Assembly: GCA_965644315.1 (NCBI GenBank)
Contig: CBFFRQ010000052.1
Span: 240,214-304,213 of the forward strand
Length of the DNA: 64,000 nucleotides
Origin: Caecitellus pseudoparvulus
Taxonomy: Eukaryota; Protista; Bigyra: Bicosoecida
Direction: 5' to 3'
Shown here: piece after piece, positions 35,101-46,849 of the stretch
Position numbering within the stretch: the stretch's first letter is position 1
Layout of the letters: each line of letters starts with the position of its first letter
Notes under the pieces: generated by a model
Told to the model about the DNA's origin: nothing
Databases searched by the model: none
What the model saw: only the letters and a program-made list of their open reading frames with translations
Made by a program: the position numbers and the translations under genes

Positions 35101-35573
35101 TGAGGGAGAGCGGGATGACGGATAAAATGTCCGAGGAGTCTTTGTCCTTGATGTCCACGTTCAAGTACGAGAAGCGCTGGCGCAGGGAGGGGGGGCAGCC
35201 TCGTGATGCGGCGGACTTGCTGGCTGCTGCCTTCCGCCGACACTCACCGAGGCAAAGGTGGGCTGCATGCCCGACAAGTTCAGGACGTGGGTGATGCCAC
35301 GCTCCACCAGCCCTACCTCGTTGAAAGCTGCATGTAGGCTGCCAAAGTACAGCTTGTCGCAGACCTTCGTAGGCACGTTGTCCTGCGGAAAGGGAGCGTG
35401 TGCCGGCAGGGGAGCAGTGCACCAGGCTGCAACGCGGACAGGAGGGGGGCAGGCTGGCTGTATCGCGCACCCACCATTGCTTGCTGAGTGTTCAGAGACA
35501 GGCCCAGCGCCTTGCCTTTGCGCTTACGCCGGCCAGCGCTGCCAGTGCTCAGGGCGCTCGACACTGCTGCCAT
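32112..35573 (-). CDS. Dual-specificity phosphatase, DUSP12/Yvh1-like, with long low-complexity insertions
   Basis: LYFGS, GITHVLN, spliced P-loop VHCVGGRSRSA, VEPNKGFELQL. Zinc-domain halves FRCQACDHALF and FLEPLDWM..GKLLCPGCSAHLGFYDWAG. Introns 35383-35474, 35177-35247, 34978-35054, 34778-34852. Confidence 0.85.
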
Positions 35574-36058
35574 GGTGGCGGTGGAGATGGTGAGGGCTGG
35601 GCGAGGAGTGTTGCGAGCAGGAGCTTGCCCGACGCCCTGGCCCGCTGCAAGTGCACTGGTGCTGAGACAGACTGGTGGCTTGTGGGCAAGTTGCCACCCT
35701 GCGGGTGCTTTGTCCGCGTTTGCGCCTTGAGGAGCACGGGGCGCAAGAAGTGCCGCTGAGGGCGTTTCTTACTTCGCACCAGCTCAGATGCCTGCCTCGT
35801 GGAGCAGGCCCCGATATGAAGAGAAGGCCTGGTGCATTTGCAGTGTGGCGTAAAATCCATGGCACGAACATGCCGCGATCGTTTTGATTGATGGAGTTCT
35901 CTTGCGACTCCCAGTGGAACCGAGGCGCCGAAGCTGGCACCTGCGCAGCTGCCTGCGCTCGAGACCGTGGCTCAGCAAGACTGAGGCTGCTACTGACCCC
36001 ACGAGGGGAAGTGCACGGCCACGTGGCAGGCACTGGACCTGCTGTGTGCTGAGGGGGC

Positions 36059-39023
36059 ATGGAGAACTACAAAGTCATCCGGTCCATCGGGAAGGGCTCC
36101 TTTGGCAAGGTGAGCTGCGTGTGGACGAGACCACACACCAGCGCAGACATGCCAGTGAGCAGCAGCGGCACCCGCACACCCCACGCCGTGTCCAGGTGTA
36201 CTTGGTGAAGCACAGCAAAGAGCGGAAGCAGTATGTCATGAAAGTCGTCAAGTTGGCGGGCATTCCGCGCAAGGAGAGGTGCGCCGACGGCCGGCAGCGT
36301 TGCGCCGGCGTTTCTCTGTCCAGCCGCCTGCTTGCTCGTGTCTGCACAGGGAAGCGTGCTTCAAGGAAGTGGACATGATGAAGACGATGCAGCATCCGAA
36401 CATAGTGGCGTTCAAGGAAAGCTTCTTCTCGGAAGGCAAGCGGCACCTGTGCATCGTCATGACCTACTGCGACGGCGGTGACCTGGAGCAGCGCCTGAAG
36501 CGAGCCAACCGGAAGCTGCTGAAGGAGGACCTCATCATGCACTGGTTCGTGCAGATGGCGTTGGGGCTGCAGTACATGCACCAGCGGCACGTGCTGCACC
36601 GGGACATCAAGAGCCAGAACATCTTCATGCTGGGCACGGGGCGCCTGGTGCTGGGTGACTTGGGCATTGCCAAGGCGCTGGGCAGCACGACGCAGCTGGC
36701 GCAGACCACCATCGGCACGCCGTACTACATGTCCCCCGAGCTGTTCAAGAACCTGCAGTACAACCACAAGAGCGACATTTGGGCGCTGGGCTGCGTGCTG
36801 TACGAGATGGCCACCTTCTCCCACCCCTTCGAGGCCTCCTCCCTGCACAGCCTGGCCGGGAAGATCATGAAGGGCAAGTACACCGCCATCCACCACGGCT
36901 ACTCCCGGCACCTGCACCAGCTCATCTCCAGCATGCTGGCTCTGAGCCCCGCCGACCGCCCCGACCTGGACGCCATCCTCTCCTCGCGTTACGTCAAGCG
37001 GCACGTGTTCAACTTCATGAAGGACGTGGCCACACGCGCGGCGCCGGCAGGGGGCGGCTCAGGGGTGGGTGACGGCACCCTGCTCCTGCACAACATTGCC
37101 GCTCAGGTGGCAGGCAGCCTGCCCGGGGCGACGCAGCTGGGGCCGCACGCGTCAGCCATGTACTCCCAGCTGTCCTCCTTGGGCCTCACCGACGTCGTCA
37201 CGGAGGCCTTTGAAAGCGCCACTGGCCCCCTGCCCAGCGCCCGGGAGGGTGGCACTTCCCAGGCCACGCCGGCCGTCGCCCCCTCGGCACGCGGCACTGC
37301 TGCCCCCGGCACAGTGGCTGCCCAGCGGGCCCTGCGAGAGCAGCGCAATGCCCTCACCCGGGAGCAGGAACGGCGCAATGCCGTGCAGGCCGCCCTGGCC
37401 AAACTGCGTGACGAGAAGGAGCTGCGCGCCGCAGAGCAGGCCCGCATCCGGGAGCGGGCACGGGCCAGGATGGCAGGTGTCTCTGGCTCAGCGGCGCCCC
37501 AGCGCGCCAGGCCGGCCTATCTGAAGGCGGCCTCGGCCAGGCGCGACGCCGCCCTGGCAGCCAAGGCAGAGAGTGCTGCCGCTGCGGAGGAGCGACGGGC
37601 TGCTGTGGCCGCTCGCAAGGCTGTCCTGGATGCCGAGCGCCGGGAAGCGGCCCTCGCGTGGGAGCGGCAGCGGGTGGAGCGCAGCCAGCCCACTGGCTCG
37701 GCGGGGAGGGGGGTCAGTCTGGACGCCGTGCGTGCGGCGTCTGCAGCCGCCAAGCTGCCGCCCCGCAGCGGTGGTGACAGCGATGCGCCGGGTGGGAAGC
37801 AAGGCGAATCCGCCTCTGCTGCTGCGCACGTGGACCGGCGGCGGGAAGCCTCAGCCGAGGACGCACGGCGCTTGGCCCTGCTGGGTTTGGGCGTGCAGGG
37901 CACTGCCGCGGGGGCCGGGCCTGGCCCCCGTGTGCGGGACCCTTTCCAGCGCGCAGCGGCCCGCTCAGCAGGGGTGCAGGGCGACGGCCTGTCTGCGAAG
38001 GAGCGGGTGCTGGCGGCCAAGGTGGCCAAGGCGGAGGCAGAGGAGCAGGTGCATTTGGCAGAGCTGGCGGCGGCCCGCGCTGGGCAAGTGGCAGAGCGGG
38101 CCAAAGCTGCCGGGCAGCTGCGCTCCCAGTACGCCTCCCACGGCGTGGCGGGCGTCGCAGCAGCGCTGCCTGTGTCAGCAGCGGGCGGTGCGCTGTACCA
38201 GCAGGTGTCCATGGCATCTGACGATTCAGCAGGGGAGGAGGAGGAGGAGGAGGAGGGTGGTGCCGGGGAAGACGAGGACGAGGTGGCTGTGCAGATGGAG
38301 ATGGCTGCATCCTTGCGGGCGGGGCAGGCGGCTGAGGAGGCGGGGGGCAAGGCTGCGGAAGCTGAGGACGAAGAGGACGCGGCAGACGCAGCAGAGGAAG
38401 CGGAGGACCTGGCAGCACAGGAAGCGTCGCTGCAGGCGGAGCTGGCAGCGTCCACGGTGCGGTGTGCGGCGCTAAAAGCCACCATCCAGGCTATGGCGGC
38501 AGAGGTGCCCATGGGCGGGCGGGCTGCAGTGCCGGTGGTCATGGAGGGCGACGCTGACGAAGACGTGCTGGCAGAGTATGAGGGCGACGACGACCTGGGG
38601 GGGGGCGAGGACGCAGGGTTCTACGGCGTGCCGGCGGCGGTGGGAGTGGACGTCCTCTTCCAAGGCCCAGCCCACTCGCCGTCAGAGCTGCCTGGGCAGT
38701 CGGCGTTCTCGGGGCACCACAGCGCGCGGTCCCCCTCTGGCTCCGTGCCACAAGCGTCGCTGTACTCCCACCCTCTCCCGGGTGCCTCTGGCACTGCCCG
38801 CCTGCAGAGCCAGTGCAGCAGTCTGGAGGCGGCCTGTCGCAAGGAGCTGGGCGCGGACGCCTTCGCGGCGGTGTACAGGGAAGTGCAGGCGCTGTTCATG
38901 GCAGAGGACCTGCCCCCCCCCGGCACGCCGTCCCCCCTGCAGGAGCTCACGGCCATGTACGGAGCGGAGGCTGTTGGGCGGGTGCAGCAGCTGGTGCAGT
39001 TGGAGGAAGCCATTGCCTGCTGA
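36059..39023 (+). CDS. NIMA-related kinase (NEK1/4/5-like)
   Basis: IGKGSFGKV, HRDIKSQNIF, GDLGIAK, IGTPYYMSPE, KSDIWALGC. Coiled coil and C-terminal NEK motif (ACRKELGADAFAAVY...LVQLEE). Introns 36110-36195 and 36279-36349. Confidence 0.93.
38235..38255 (+). repeat. (GAG)7 microsatellite encoding poly-Glu in NEK
   Basis: gaggaggaggaggaggaggag read directly. Confidence 0.8.
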
Positions 39024-39028
39024 GGGCG

Positions 39029-40259
39029 TCAAGGGTGCCGTGGCAGGTTGACCAGGGCGCCGACAATGCACAGCAGTGCTTCCCCGGTGTGCACAACCCA
39101 CTGGCTGGCGTAGAAGCCCCACGGGTGGTGCTGGCGGGTGACCTGTGCGGCGGTCATGACCGACACCGTCACCGCCAGGGCATACCCCGTGGGCACCGCC
39201 GCCAGCAGCCCCAGCGCACTGCGCCGAATGAGGCTGAGGCCCCTGTCGGAAGGTGCGCCCTGGGGCGTCCAGCACATGAGCTGGCAGAGCAGTGGGGTGC
39301 GAGCCTCGGGGGAGGCGGGTTTGGGCGGGGCGGGGCTGCCCGGTGAGGGGAAGCTGGCGGAGGGCATGAGGGGGGAGGCAGGTGAGAGGGTGGCTGACGC
39401 ACCGCGTGATCGTCGGCGGGCAGAGGGTGCGGCTGAGAGGAAACCCCACAGACGCAGCAGGCGTGTGAAGAAGGCTTGCCCTGCACCAGCCAGAGCAGCC
39501 AGGTACACCACCACCACGACGTTGTTTGCCGTGTCGGCTGCGACGCTGCCTTGGACGGCCAGCACCAGGAGCGTGCTTGTGCACACTAGGAGGATGCACA
39601 CTGCCCCCGCCACCGCCCAGGGCAGCCATGGCCGGGCGCGGGGGGGGCGCCCCTGCAGCCGGCGCAGGTTTCGGTTCACCTCCTGCCACACCAGGACCAG
39701 CGCACAGAAGCCAGCGACAAGCAAGACTTGCGGGAGCCTCAGCAGCACCCGCAGCACGAGTAGGGCTCTGTCCGTGGCGACGTTTCCTCGGGGGAGCAGC
39801 ATGTACGCGATGCGCAGGGAGGAGGCGGCGAGGAAGAAGGCCGCTGTGAGGTCACGCTGCCTGGAGAACCGTGGGCGGGACGCTGCCGCGGCCAAACAGC
39901 GCAAGTGGAAGCCCCGTGCGAGAAGGAGCAGGCAGATTCCGTGCAAGCAAGTCTGTGAGGCGGCCAGAGAGGGGGGTCGCGCGTGCTGCCCTGCGCGAAT
40001 GCGACGGGCGCCCAGCGTTGCACCCACCACCACGCCCACCAACGCCATCCAGGCTTGAGGGGTAATAGTGGAGAGGTAGGACACAGAGCAGGTGGGGCCT
40101 GACCAGTACAAACTGCAGTCACAGTGCTCCCCGGTGCCTGTCGCAACGAAGCGGGCCAGGGAGGGTGGTCGCAGGCTTGAATGCAAGTCAAGTTGGACAA
40201 CCGAATTCCGCACCATGCACACATGTCGCGTTCCCCACTACGCCTTCAGGGCCTTGCAT
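39029..40259 (-). CDS. Seven-TM (TOM1/THH1- or GPCR-like) protein with short N-terminal EGF-like motif
   Basis: Spliced start MQGPEGVVGNATCVHG|TGEHCDCSLYWSGPTC (intron 40138-40213; probable second intron 39953-40027), then seven hydrophobic segments. Confidence 0.65.
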
Positions 40260-40794
40260 GGTGAACAGGAACTCAATGGAAGTCGATCATTCGAAGGCCT
40301 TGGCAAGCTGGTGCATGCTGGCCTCCGGCCACGCAGACAGCCAGCCGGGCGCAGGACTGGGCAATGGTGCTGGCAGGAGTCCAATCGTGTGACCCGCCGC
40401 AGCGCCCTGAGAAAACCTGGCTGCGAGCTGGCAGATTTGCCAAAGTGGCTTGCCGCACCGCCTCGCGTGTGTGGAGCTGCTGCTGGAGTGGCTTGGTGAG
40501 TAGAAAATTATGCTTACGGTGCATTGACGGAGCAGGACAAGTTGAGAAACTGGGCCCAGGCAAACTTGGGCGCCGCTTTCGTTCTGAATGTGTTGGGTCC
40601 TGAATCCACTTTTCGTCACAGACCAACTTGGAAACTTCTGGTTGATTCCTAAGTAAGCGGAGCCCGAATCAGTTTTGCTCGCTAGGGTACTGCCCGCCTC
40701 GATTGGCGCTGCGTGAGACGTGTGTAGCCCACCTTCGGAGCAGCACGGTGGCGTTTCGTGCCCGTCACCAGCGGAGGCTTTGACCCTCCCGCAC

Positions 40795-42983
40795 ATGGCG
40801 CACCGTGGAGAGGGCGAGGGAGAAGAGCAGTACTCCAGCGGGGATCACGATGCTACTGCACATTTAGGTGCTCCCATCACAGCCGAGGCTCTGGTGCGCT
40901 CGCTGCGCCGGTGCCGCTTTGCGCTGGCGTTACGCACCGGCCCCCGGCTGCACCACAGGTGGAAGTGGCAGGGACGAGGGATCTGGAGAGTGTGCGCAGC
41001 TTGGATCTGCAGACTGATGCGCGAGTGCACGATGTGGACCGCATTGGGCTGCTCCTTCCCCACTTGGAGGTGCTGCGCCTGACAAACTCGTTCGTGACGA
41101 GCTTTCGCCAGCTGGGCACCGGCTTGCGGCACCTGCGGGTGCTCGCCCTGCTGCGGGCTGGGCTGACGGACTGCGACGGCATCAGCGCACTGGAGCAGGT
41201 GGAGGAGTTGTACTTGGGCTTCAACGAAATCAGTGACGTGTCTGCGCTGTCCCTGCTGGAGCACTGCCGCGTGCTGGACCTGGAGGGCAACCAGCTGGCT
41301 GGCCTGCGCAGCGTGGCACACTTGGCGCCGCTGACCACCCTGCAGCACCTGAACATGGCCATGAACCCCGTGGCCAAGCTGCCTCACTACAGGCGCGCGG
41401 TGGTGGGGTACTTGCCAGCCCTGCAGGTGCTGGACGAGGAGGGTGTGGGCGAGGCCGATCGCCTGCCACTGTCCAAGGCTGAGCTGGCGACGGCAGCTGC
41501 GGCAGGGGGCGGCAAGGGGCCCGCACCCTCCCTGCACGTTGATGCGTATGCGCTGGCGGACGCCGCCGCCTCGCCTCGCCTGTCTGCCATCGGGCAGCTG
41601 TACGAGCCTGGCGGCATTCTGTCCCCCGCCCGTGCCGGCGCCAGCGCTGCGCCGTCCACGCCGCCCCCCACTGTCACCGTCAGCGATGCAGAGGACGAGG
41701 AGGATCTTATGGTGGCGGACGTCGTGCGTGCGTCCGTGCACCGGGCGCTCTCTGACCCGCGCTCCCCCGAGGCAGTCAAGCTCCGGGCAGTGGCGGGGGA
41801 GGAGACGCCCACTGCCTTCAACGTCGTGATGACCCGCCTCAGCCGCCCTCGCTCCGCTGAGCCGTCCCCTGGGCGACTGCGCAGGTGGAGTGACGCCGGC
41901 CTGGGGCGGGGGGAGGGGGACCGCCACGCGCTGCAGCAGCACGCCTGGTCCGCACGGGAGGGCGCCCTGTCCTCCAGCGACCCTGCAGCGGAGGCGCGCC
42001 ACTCCGCCTCCACACACGCCTTGCCTCGCCGCCCACGCACCGCCGGGGCACTCCGACCCTCCACACTGCAGGCCAGGTGGCACGCCTTCTGTGCCGCTGC
42101 GGATGGGGGGGTGGCGGCGCGTGAGAGGGGAGGCGGCGCCGCCTTTCACGCAGCCTTCGACTCTGCCTTTGGCGTGCTGGCTTCTGCACGGGACGGTGCC
42201 CAGCAGCACAGTGGCAGTGGCGCGGCGCACAGTGGCGCCAGTGCGCTGACTCACGGTACAGGGCAAGCGCTGGTGGGCAACGTAGCCAGAGCCCTGCGAC
42301 GCAAGGCGGCGGCAGCGCCCGTCCAGGGCCTCCACAGTGCAGACGGCACTGTGGACGACAACCGTCTGGACGCGGCCCTGGCATCGGTGCGTGCCCGGGC
42401 ATCTGCACCTTCACGATCCGCAGACCCAGCATCCTCTGGGCGACCGTCCCGCTCCCGCGACCAGCTCCTCGCCTTAGCCGGGCTGTCCCCAGGCACCCCT
42501 TCCGGCAGCGCGCAGTCTGTAGAGGAGAGCGGCCGGGACGACACCCCTTCCCTGCTGGAGCTGCTGGATTCGGCGAGGGACGCGCCTGCCACGCCTGCTC
42601 CCAGACCCGTGCAGCTCCTCGCACACCGAGCACCACCTCCACGCCGAGACTCCCCTGCCGCCCCCTCCCCTGCCCAAGCGCCTGCACCAAGCCCGGCCCC
42701 AGCCCCTGCAAGTGCGGACTCCCCCGCCTGCGGCCCTGCCGTGGCAGCCTCTGACGAGGAACTCATCCACCTCCTGCAGCAGCGCCCCAAGCACGTGCCC
42801 CAGCTGCGCAGCCGTGACAGCTTCCGCAAGTTCTTCGCGGGCATGCCGTGCGTGCGCATGGAGCGCCTGCTGCGACTGGCGTTCGGGGCGCTGGAGGAGG
42901 GCGACCGGGACGCCAAGGTGGCCAAGCGCATGGCCCTGCTGCGGGGGTGCTTGGCGGGGGAGGCGGGCTCTGCATTACAATAG
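40795..42983 (+). CDS. Leucine-rich-repeat protein, LRRC56-like (ciliary)
   Basis: LEVLRLTNSFVTSFRQLGT, LEQVEELYLGFNEISD, VLDLEGNQL, LRRcap MNPV..YRRAVVGYLPALQVLD. Intron 40894-40958. Confidence 0.8.
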
Positions 42984-43023
42984 AATTCATCAACACCAGC
43001 ACACACACGTAGCGGGGGCGGCG

Positions 43024-45762
43024 TCAGGCCTCCTTGCCGCCCCACGCCTTGCTCTCGCTGGCCGACGGCGGCAGCATAGTGGGCGGCCGGTCCCCCGCCC
43101 CGGCCGCAGCAGGCAGCGCCTCCTCTGGCAGTTGCCCCGGCAGACTGGGCGGCAGGCCAGACGCTGACAGGTCCCCCTCCACCGAGCGGGGCGGGGACAT
43201 GGACCGCAAGTACGCGTCTGCAGCGGCGCGCACCTGTTCAGCCGAGGGCGGCGCGGAGCCTGTGGAGGTGTAGTCCGTGGGGGGCAGAGCACGCCCCGTG
43301 GCGAGAGCCTTCTGCTGCCGCACCCACCCCGCCACGACAGAGGACATGCGCTCCCGCAGCAGACCCATCTCCTCCTGCAGCTCCTGCACGAGGGCCTTGT
43401 AGGAGCCTAGCTGCCCCGTCAGCGCCGCTAGTTGCCCCTTCTTCGCCTTCACCTTGTGCATGTACCCCGCCACCGCCTCCGACATCTCTGGGCCAGGCTG
43501 CCGCACCAGCCCCTCCTTCAGCTTCGTGTACGCGGCCTCCTGGGCGGCGATCTCGGACTGCTTGGCCTGGATGGCTTCCTGCGTGGCGATTTGCTGCCGC
43601 TGCAGGGCGGACACCTTCTGCAGCATGGCGAAGCGCTCGGGGTCGGACACCTCCAGCTGCCGCCAGCGGTGCACGTTCACGGGGCGCTGCAGCTCGTCCT
43701 CCAACTTGCGCACCTTGGTGCGCTCCGCCAGCAGGTCCGCCTCGATGCGTTTGACTTCCTTCTCCATGATGGGCAGGTTGGCCACCTGCGCCTTGGCCAC
43801 CTCCAGCTCCCCCATGAGTTCCCCCACCCGCCGCTTGCGGGCGTGCAGGTCAGACATCTGCGCCGTGTACGTGGCCGCGCCGCGGGCCAGGGTGCTCTTT
43901 TGCACCTTGAGCTTCTCGTACAGGCTGGCGAGCTCCTCGTCCCGGCGCACCAGCTGCACACGCAGGACATCCCGCTCAGAGATGACGGCAGCCAGCTCCT
44001 TCTCCTGCCGGGAGCGCTCCTCGTCCGCCTCGTGGATGATGCGGTTCAGCTTCACCACCTCGGCGTCTTGGTTGGCCAGGATCTTCTCGGCGGCGTAGAT
44101 CTGCTTCTGCACGCGGGCCAGCTCAGCCGCCAGGGCATCCTTCTGCCGCTGCACGCTGTGGTTGCTGTAGTGCTCCGACAGCAGGGCGTGCTTCTTGGAC
44201 GTGATTTCGTCCTTCAGGTTCTGGATCTGGAAGTTCAGCGTCTTGAACTGGCGCTTCATCTCCTCGATTGCCGCCTGGCTCTCGATCAGCTGCTTGGAGT
44301 ACGAGTTGCGCTCCCCACGCACCGTCTCGTACAGCGTCTGCTGCTGCTTCAGCCGGGCGTTCTGCTCGGCAATCTTGCGCTGCAGCGCAGCCACAGCCAG
44401 CTCCTGCACCTTGACGCCCTCCACAGCAGCGAAGTACCGCTGCGTGGCAGCCTCCAGCTCCCCCACCGTCGCGTCACGGTCGGCCTGCACGGCGTCCACC
44501 TCAGTGCGCAGATTCACGACGGCGGTGCGGAAGGCAGCCGTCTCGCTGGTCAAGTTCGCGACTGTGTTCTTGTGCATGGCCAGCAGCTCCTTCACCTTGC
44601 GCACTTTGTCCGCTTGCGTGGCCACGGAGCGGTGCAGCACCTCGCGCTGCCGGCGCAGGTCGTCCAGGGCGGCCTTCTCGGCGGCGTTTCGCTTGCGTTG
44701 CTCCTCAGCCTGCCCCGTTACTTCGGCGGCCTTGTTGCGTGCAGCCTCCTGGGCGGCCTCCGCCTCCCCCTGCTGCTCCTGCGCTGTTCGAATCTTTTTC
44801 AACGTCAGCGCCACCAGCTTCGTCACTCGGGCGGTGTCTGACTGCGTTGACGCCACTTCCCTGCGCACGTCCGCCAGCTCTGTCTCCAGCGTGTGAAGGT
44901 CCCCTGCGATGGCTTCGTTGCCGTGCGTGGCCGAGTCCAGCTCGCCCGTGGCACGCGCGACGCGTTCATGCAGCTTGTCGTACTTGCGCGTGAGCTTGTC
45001 CATCTCATCTCGCGCCCCCTTCAACGCCTCCCCCGCGATGGCGGCTTCCTTGGAGGACGCCGCTGCCACGGCCAGCTTCTCCTCCAACTCCCGCTCCAGC
45101 GCCCGCACCTCGCCCTGCTTGCTGACCAGCTCGCCGTCAGCGCTCTCCCGCGCCGTCACCGCCGCCTTGATCTCACGGCGCTTGGCCGCAATGTCCGACG
45201 CCAGCGCCCGCGCGGCCTTCTTGGCTTCGTCCCGCCGCTCCTGGGCGGCGCGCAGGGCGGCCTCCTGCCCCGCCACTTCATCCCGGGCAGTGCTGGCGGC
45301 CTTGCGCTTGGCGTCCAGCTGCAGCTCCAAGCGCTCCGCCTCCCCCGCCAGCGTTTCGCGCTCCTCCTCCTGCTCTGGCCGCCAGTCAGCCCCAGCCTCC
45401 ACCTCCGCTTGCATCTCTGCCAGGGACGCCTCCAGCTCACGCAGAGTGGCCTCCTTCTCCTTGATGCCTGCACGGTTCGTCGCGATGTCAGCCTTGCCGC
45501 GTGCCACCTCCTCCTCCATCTGCTTCTTCGTTGCCTGCAGCTCCGCCACCTCTTGCTGGCTGTCGGCTGCTTCGCGTTTCACCGCATCCAGCTGGGCCGA
45601 CACCTCCGCCGCCTTGGCGATGTGCTCTTGTTCCAGGGTGTGGGACGCTTGCAGAGCCTCCACGAGTGTCGCGAACTGTGCCCGAAACTCCGCCACCTCT
45701 GCGCCTTGGTCATCCAATTCCCGCAGGAAGCTGCCGGCAGCCTCCACAGCTTCCTCAGCCAT
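43024..45762 (-). CDS. CFAP58: Cilia/flagella-associated coiled-coil protein, CFAP58-like
   Basis: QQTLYETVRGERNSYSKQLIES, QLVRRDEELASLYEK, LEDELQRPVNVHRWRQLEVSDP, RQPGPE. Confidence 0.88.
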   Translation of the reverse strand: MAEEAVEAAGSFLRELDDQGAEVAEFRAQFATLVEALQASHTLEQEHIAKAAEVSAQLDAVKREAADSQQEVAELQATKKQMEEEVARGKADIATNRAGIKEKEATLRELEASLAEMQAEVEAGADWRPEQEEERETLAGEAERLELQLDAKRKAASTARDEVAGQEAALRAAQERRDEAKKAARALASDIAAKRREIKAAVTARESADGELVSKQGEVRALERELEEKLAVAAASSKEAAIAGEALKGARDEMDKLTRKYDKLHERVARATGELDSATHGNEAIAGDLHTLETELADVRREVASTQSDTARVTKLVALTLKKIRTAQEQQGEAEAAQEAARNKAAEVTGQAEEQRKRNAAEKAALDDLRRQREVLHRSVATQADKVRKVKELLAMHKNTVANLTSETAAFRTAVVNLRTEVDAVQADRDATVGELEAATQRYFAAVEGVKVQELAVAALQRKIAEQNARLKQQQTLYETVRGERNSYSKQLIESQAAIEEMKRQFKTLNFQIQNLKDEITSKKHALLSEHYSNHSVQRQKDALAAELARVQKQIYAAEKILANQDAEVVKLNRIIHEADEERSRQEKELAAVISERDVLRVQLVRRDEELASLYEKLKVQKSTLARGAATYTAQMSDLHARKRRVGELMGELEVAKAQVANLPIMEKEVKRIEADLLAERTKVRKLEDELQRPVNVHRWRQLEVSDPERFAMLQKVSALQRQQIATQEAIQAKQSEIAAQEAAYTKLKEGLVRQPGPEMSEAVAGYMHKVKAKKGQLAALTGQLGSYKALVQELQEEMGLLRERMSSVVAGWVRQQKALATGRALPPTDYTSTGSAPPSAEQVRAAADAYLRSMSPPRSVEGDLSASGLPPSLPGQLPEEALPAAAGAGDRPPTMLPPSASESKAWGGKEA

Positions 45763-46238
45763 GGCGACAGTGCAAGGGAATCACGCAAAGCGGGACACCT
45801 AGGCAACTACAGCTGCTTGCTGCCCGAGGACGGCCCTTGTCCGAGCTCAAGCGGGGGCGAAAGGGCACTGCCCCACGTGCCGATCTCGAATCGCTGCCTC
45901 GCCTGCCGCCGAAAGGCGACCACCTCCGAGCTTGCCTTTGCACTGCGCACTTGCGCAGGAAACAAACGCCACGAATCTTCTGTTTGCTTCACATACCACC
46001 CACTTGTGTGTTTGGAGTGTGTTTTTTTGGCAGATGTTGCGCAATGGGTGCAAGCATGCTGTGCTTCGAACTTGCTGCGCGCAACCAGGCATTCGCCAGC
46101 ACAAAAAATTAAACTACAAACACCTGCAGGTACCTTAAACTACCAGCCACGGCGTATCAAGGCAAGGCATCCTCGGCTGCGCCTGGATAAGTGGAGGCTG
46201 CAGGGCAGGTGGCAAGGAAACGCACGCGAAACGCAGGC

Positions 46239-46844
46239 ATGCCTCGCAAACCGAAGCGTGGGACGAAACGAAGGGGCGTCGTGGTGTTTGACCCCGATGC
46301 CCGACAGGACTACATCACTGGCTTCCGCAAACGCAAAGAAGCACGGCGGAAGGAGGCCCTGGATGCCATTGCGGCCCGCACAGCGGAGGAGAACAAGGAA
46401 TTCAAGCGAGAGGTGAGGGGTGGCCCTGCGTAATGCCGTGCGCGTGACTCTGGTGCCGCACCATGGCACCGCCTCTGCACGCCGCAGCAACGCGAGAAGA
46501 AACGCAGCATGGTGCGGGCCTACGAGGCACTGCAGGCGGAGATGCAGGCCAGCAGCGTGCCGGCGGCCAAGGTGGTCACGGCACGGGAGGACGCCTTCAC
46601 ACAGGCCGCCTTTGGCGGCGCAGGGGTGGTGGTGACGACAGCAGTGGGCCTTGATGCGCTGGAGGCACCAGCTCCCAGCGCTGCGGAGGAGACGGGTGCA
46701 ACCCCTTCCCCTACCAGCAAGCCAGATCAGGCGCCACAGGATGAATCCGAGGCGGAAGCCCCACCTGCCGAAGCAGAGCAACCAGTGCCCTCTCGCGTCA
46801 GGCGCCTGGGCAGGCAGCTGGCAGCAGTGTACAGGCGGCGGTAG
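46239..46844 (+). CDS. NOL12: Nucleolar protein 12 / Rrp17
   Basis: VVFDPDARQDYITGFRKRKEARRKEA; intron 46413-46487. Confidence 0.85.
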
Positions 46845-46849
46845 GTGCA

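Noticed and set aside
40276-40651. Possible small spliced gene between 7TM and LRRC56 (GTGAGT donor, DKLRNWAQANLG... exon)
   Set aside because: No convincing continuous frame or homology, and it would crowd both promoters; needs RNA-seq
42650-42715. Pro-Ala repeat (PAAPSPAQAPAPSPAPAPA)
   Set aside because: Ordinary low-complexity coding linker
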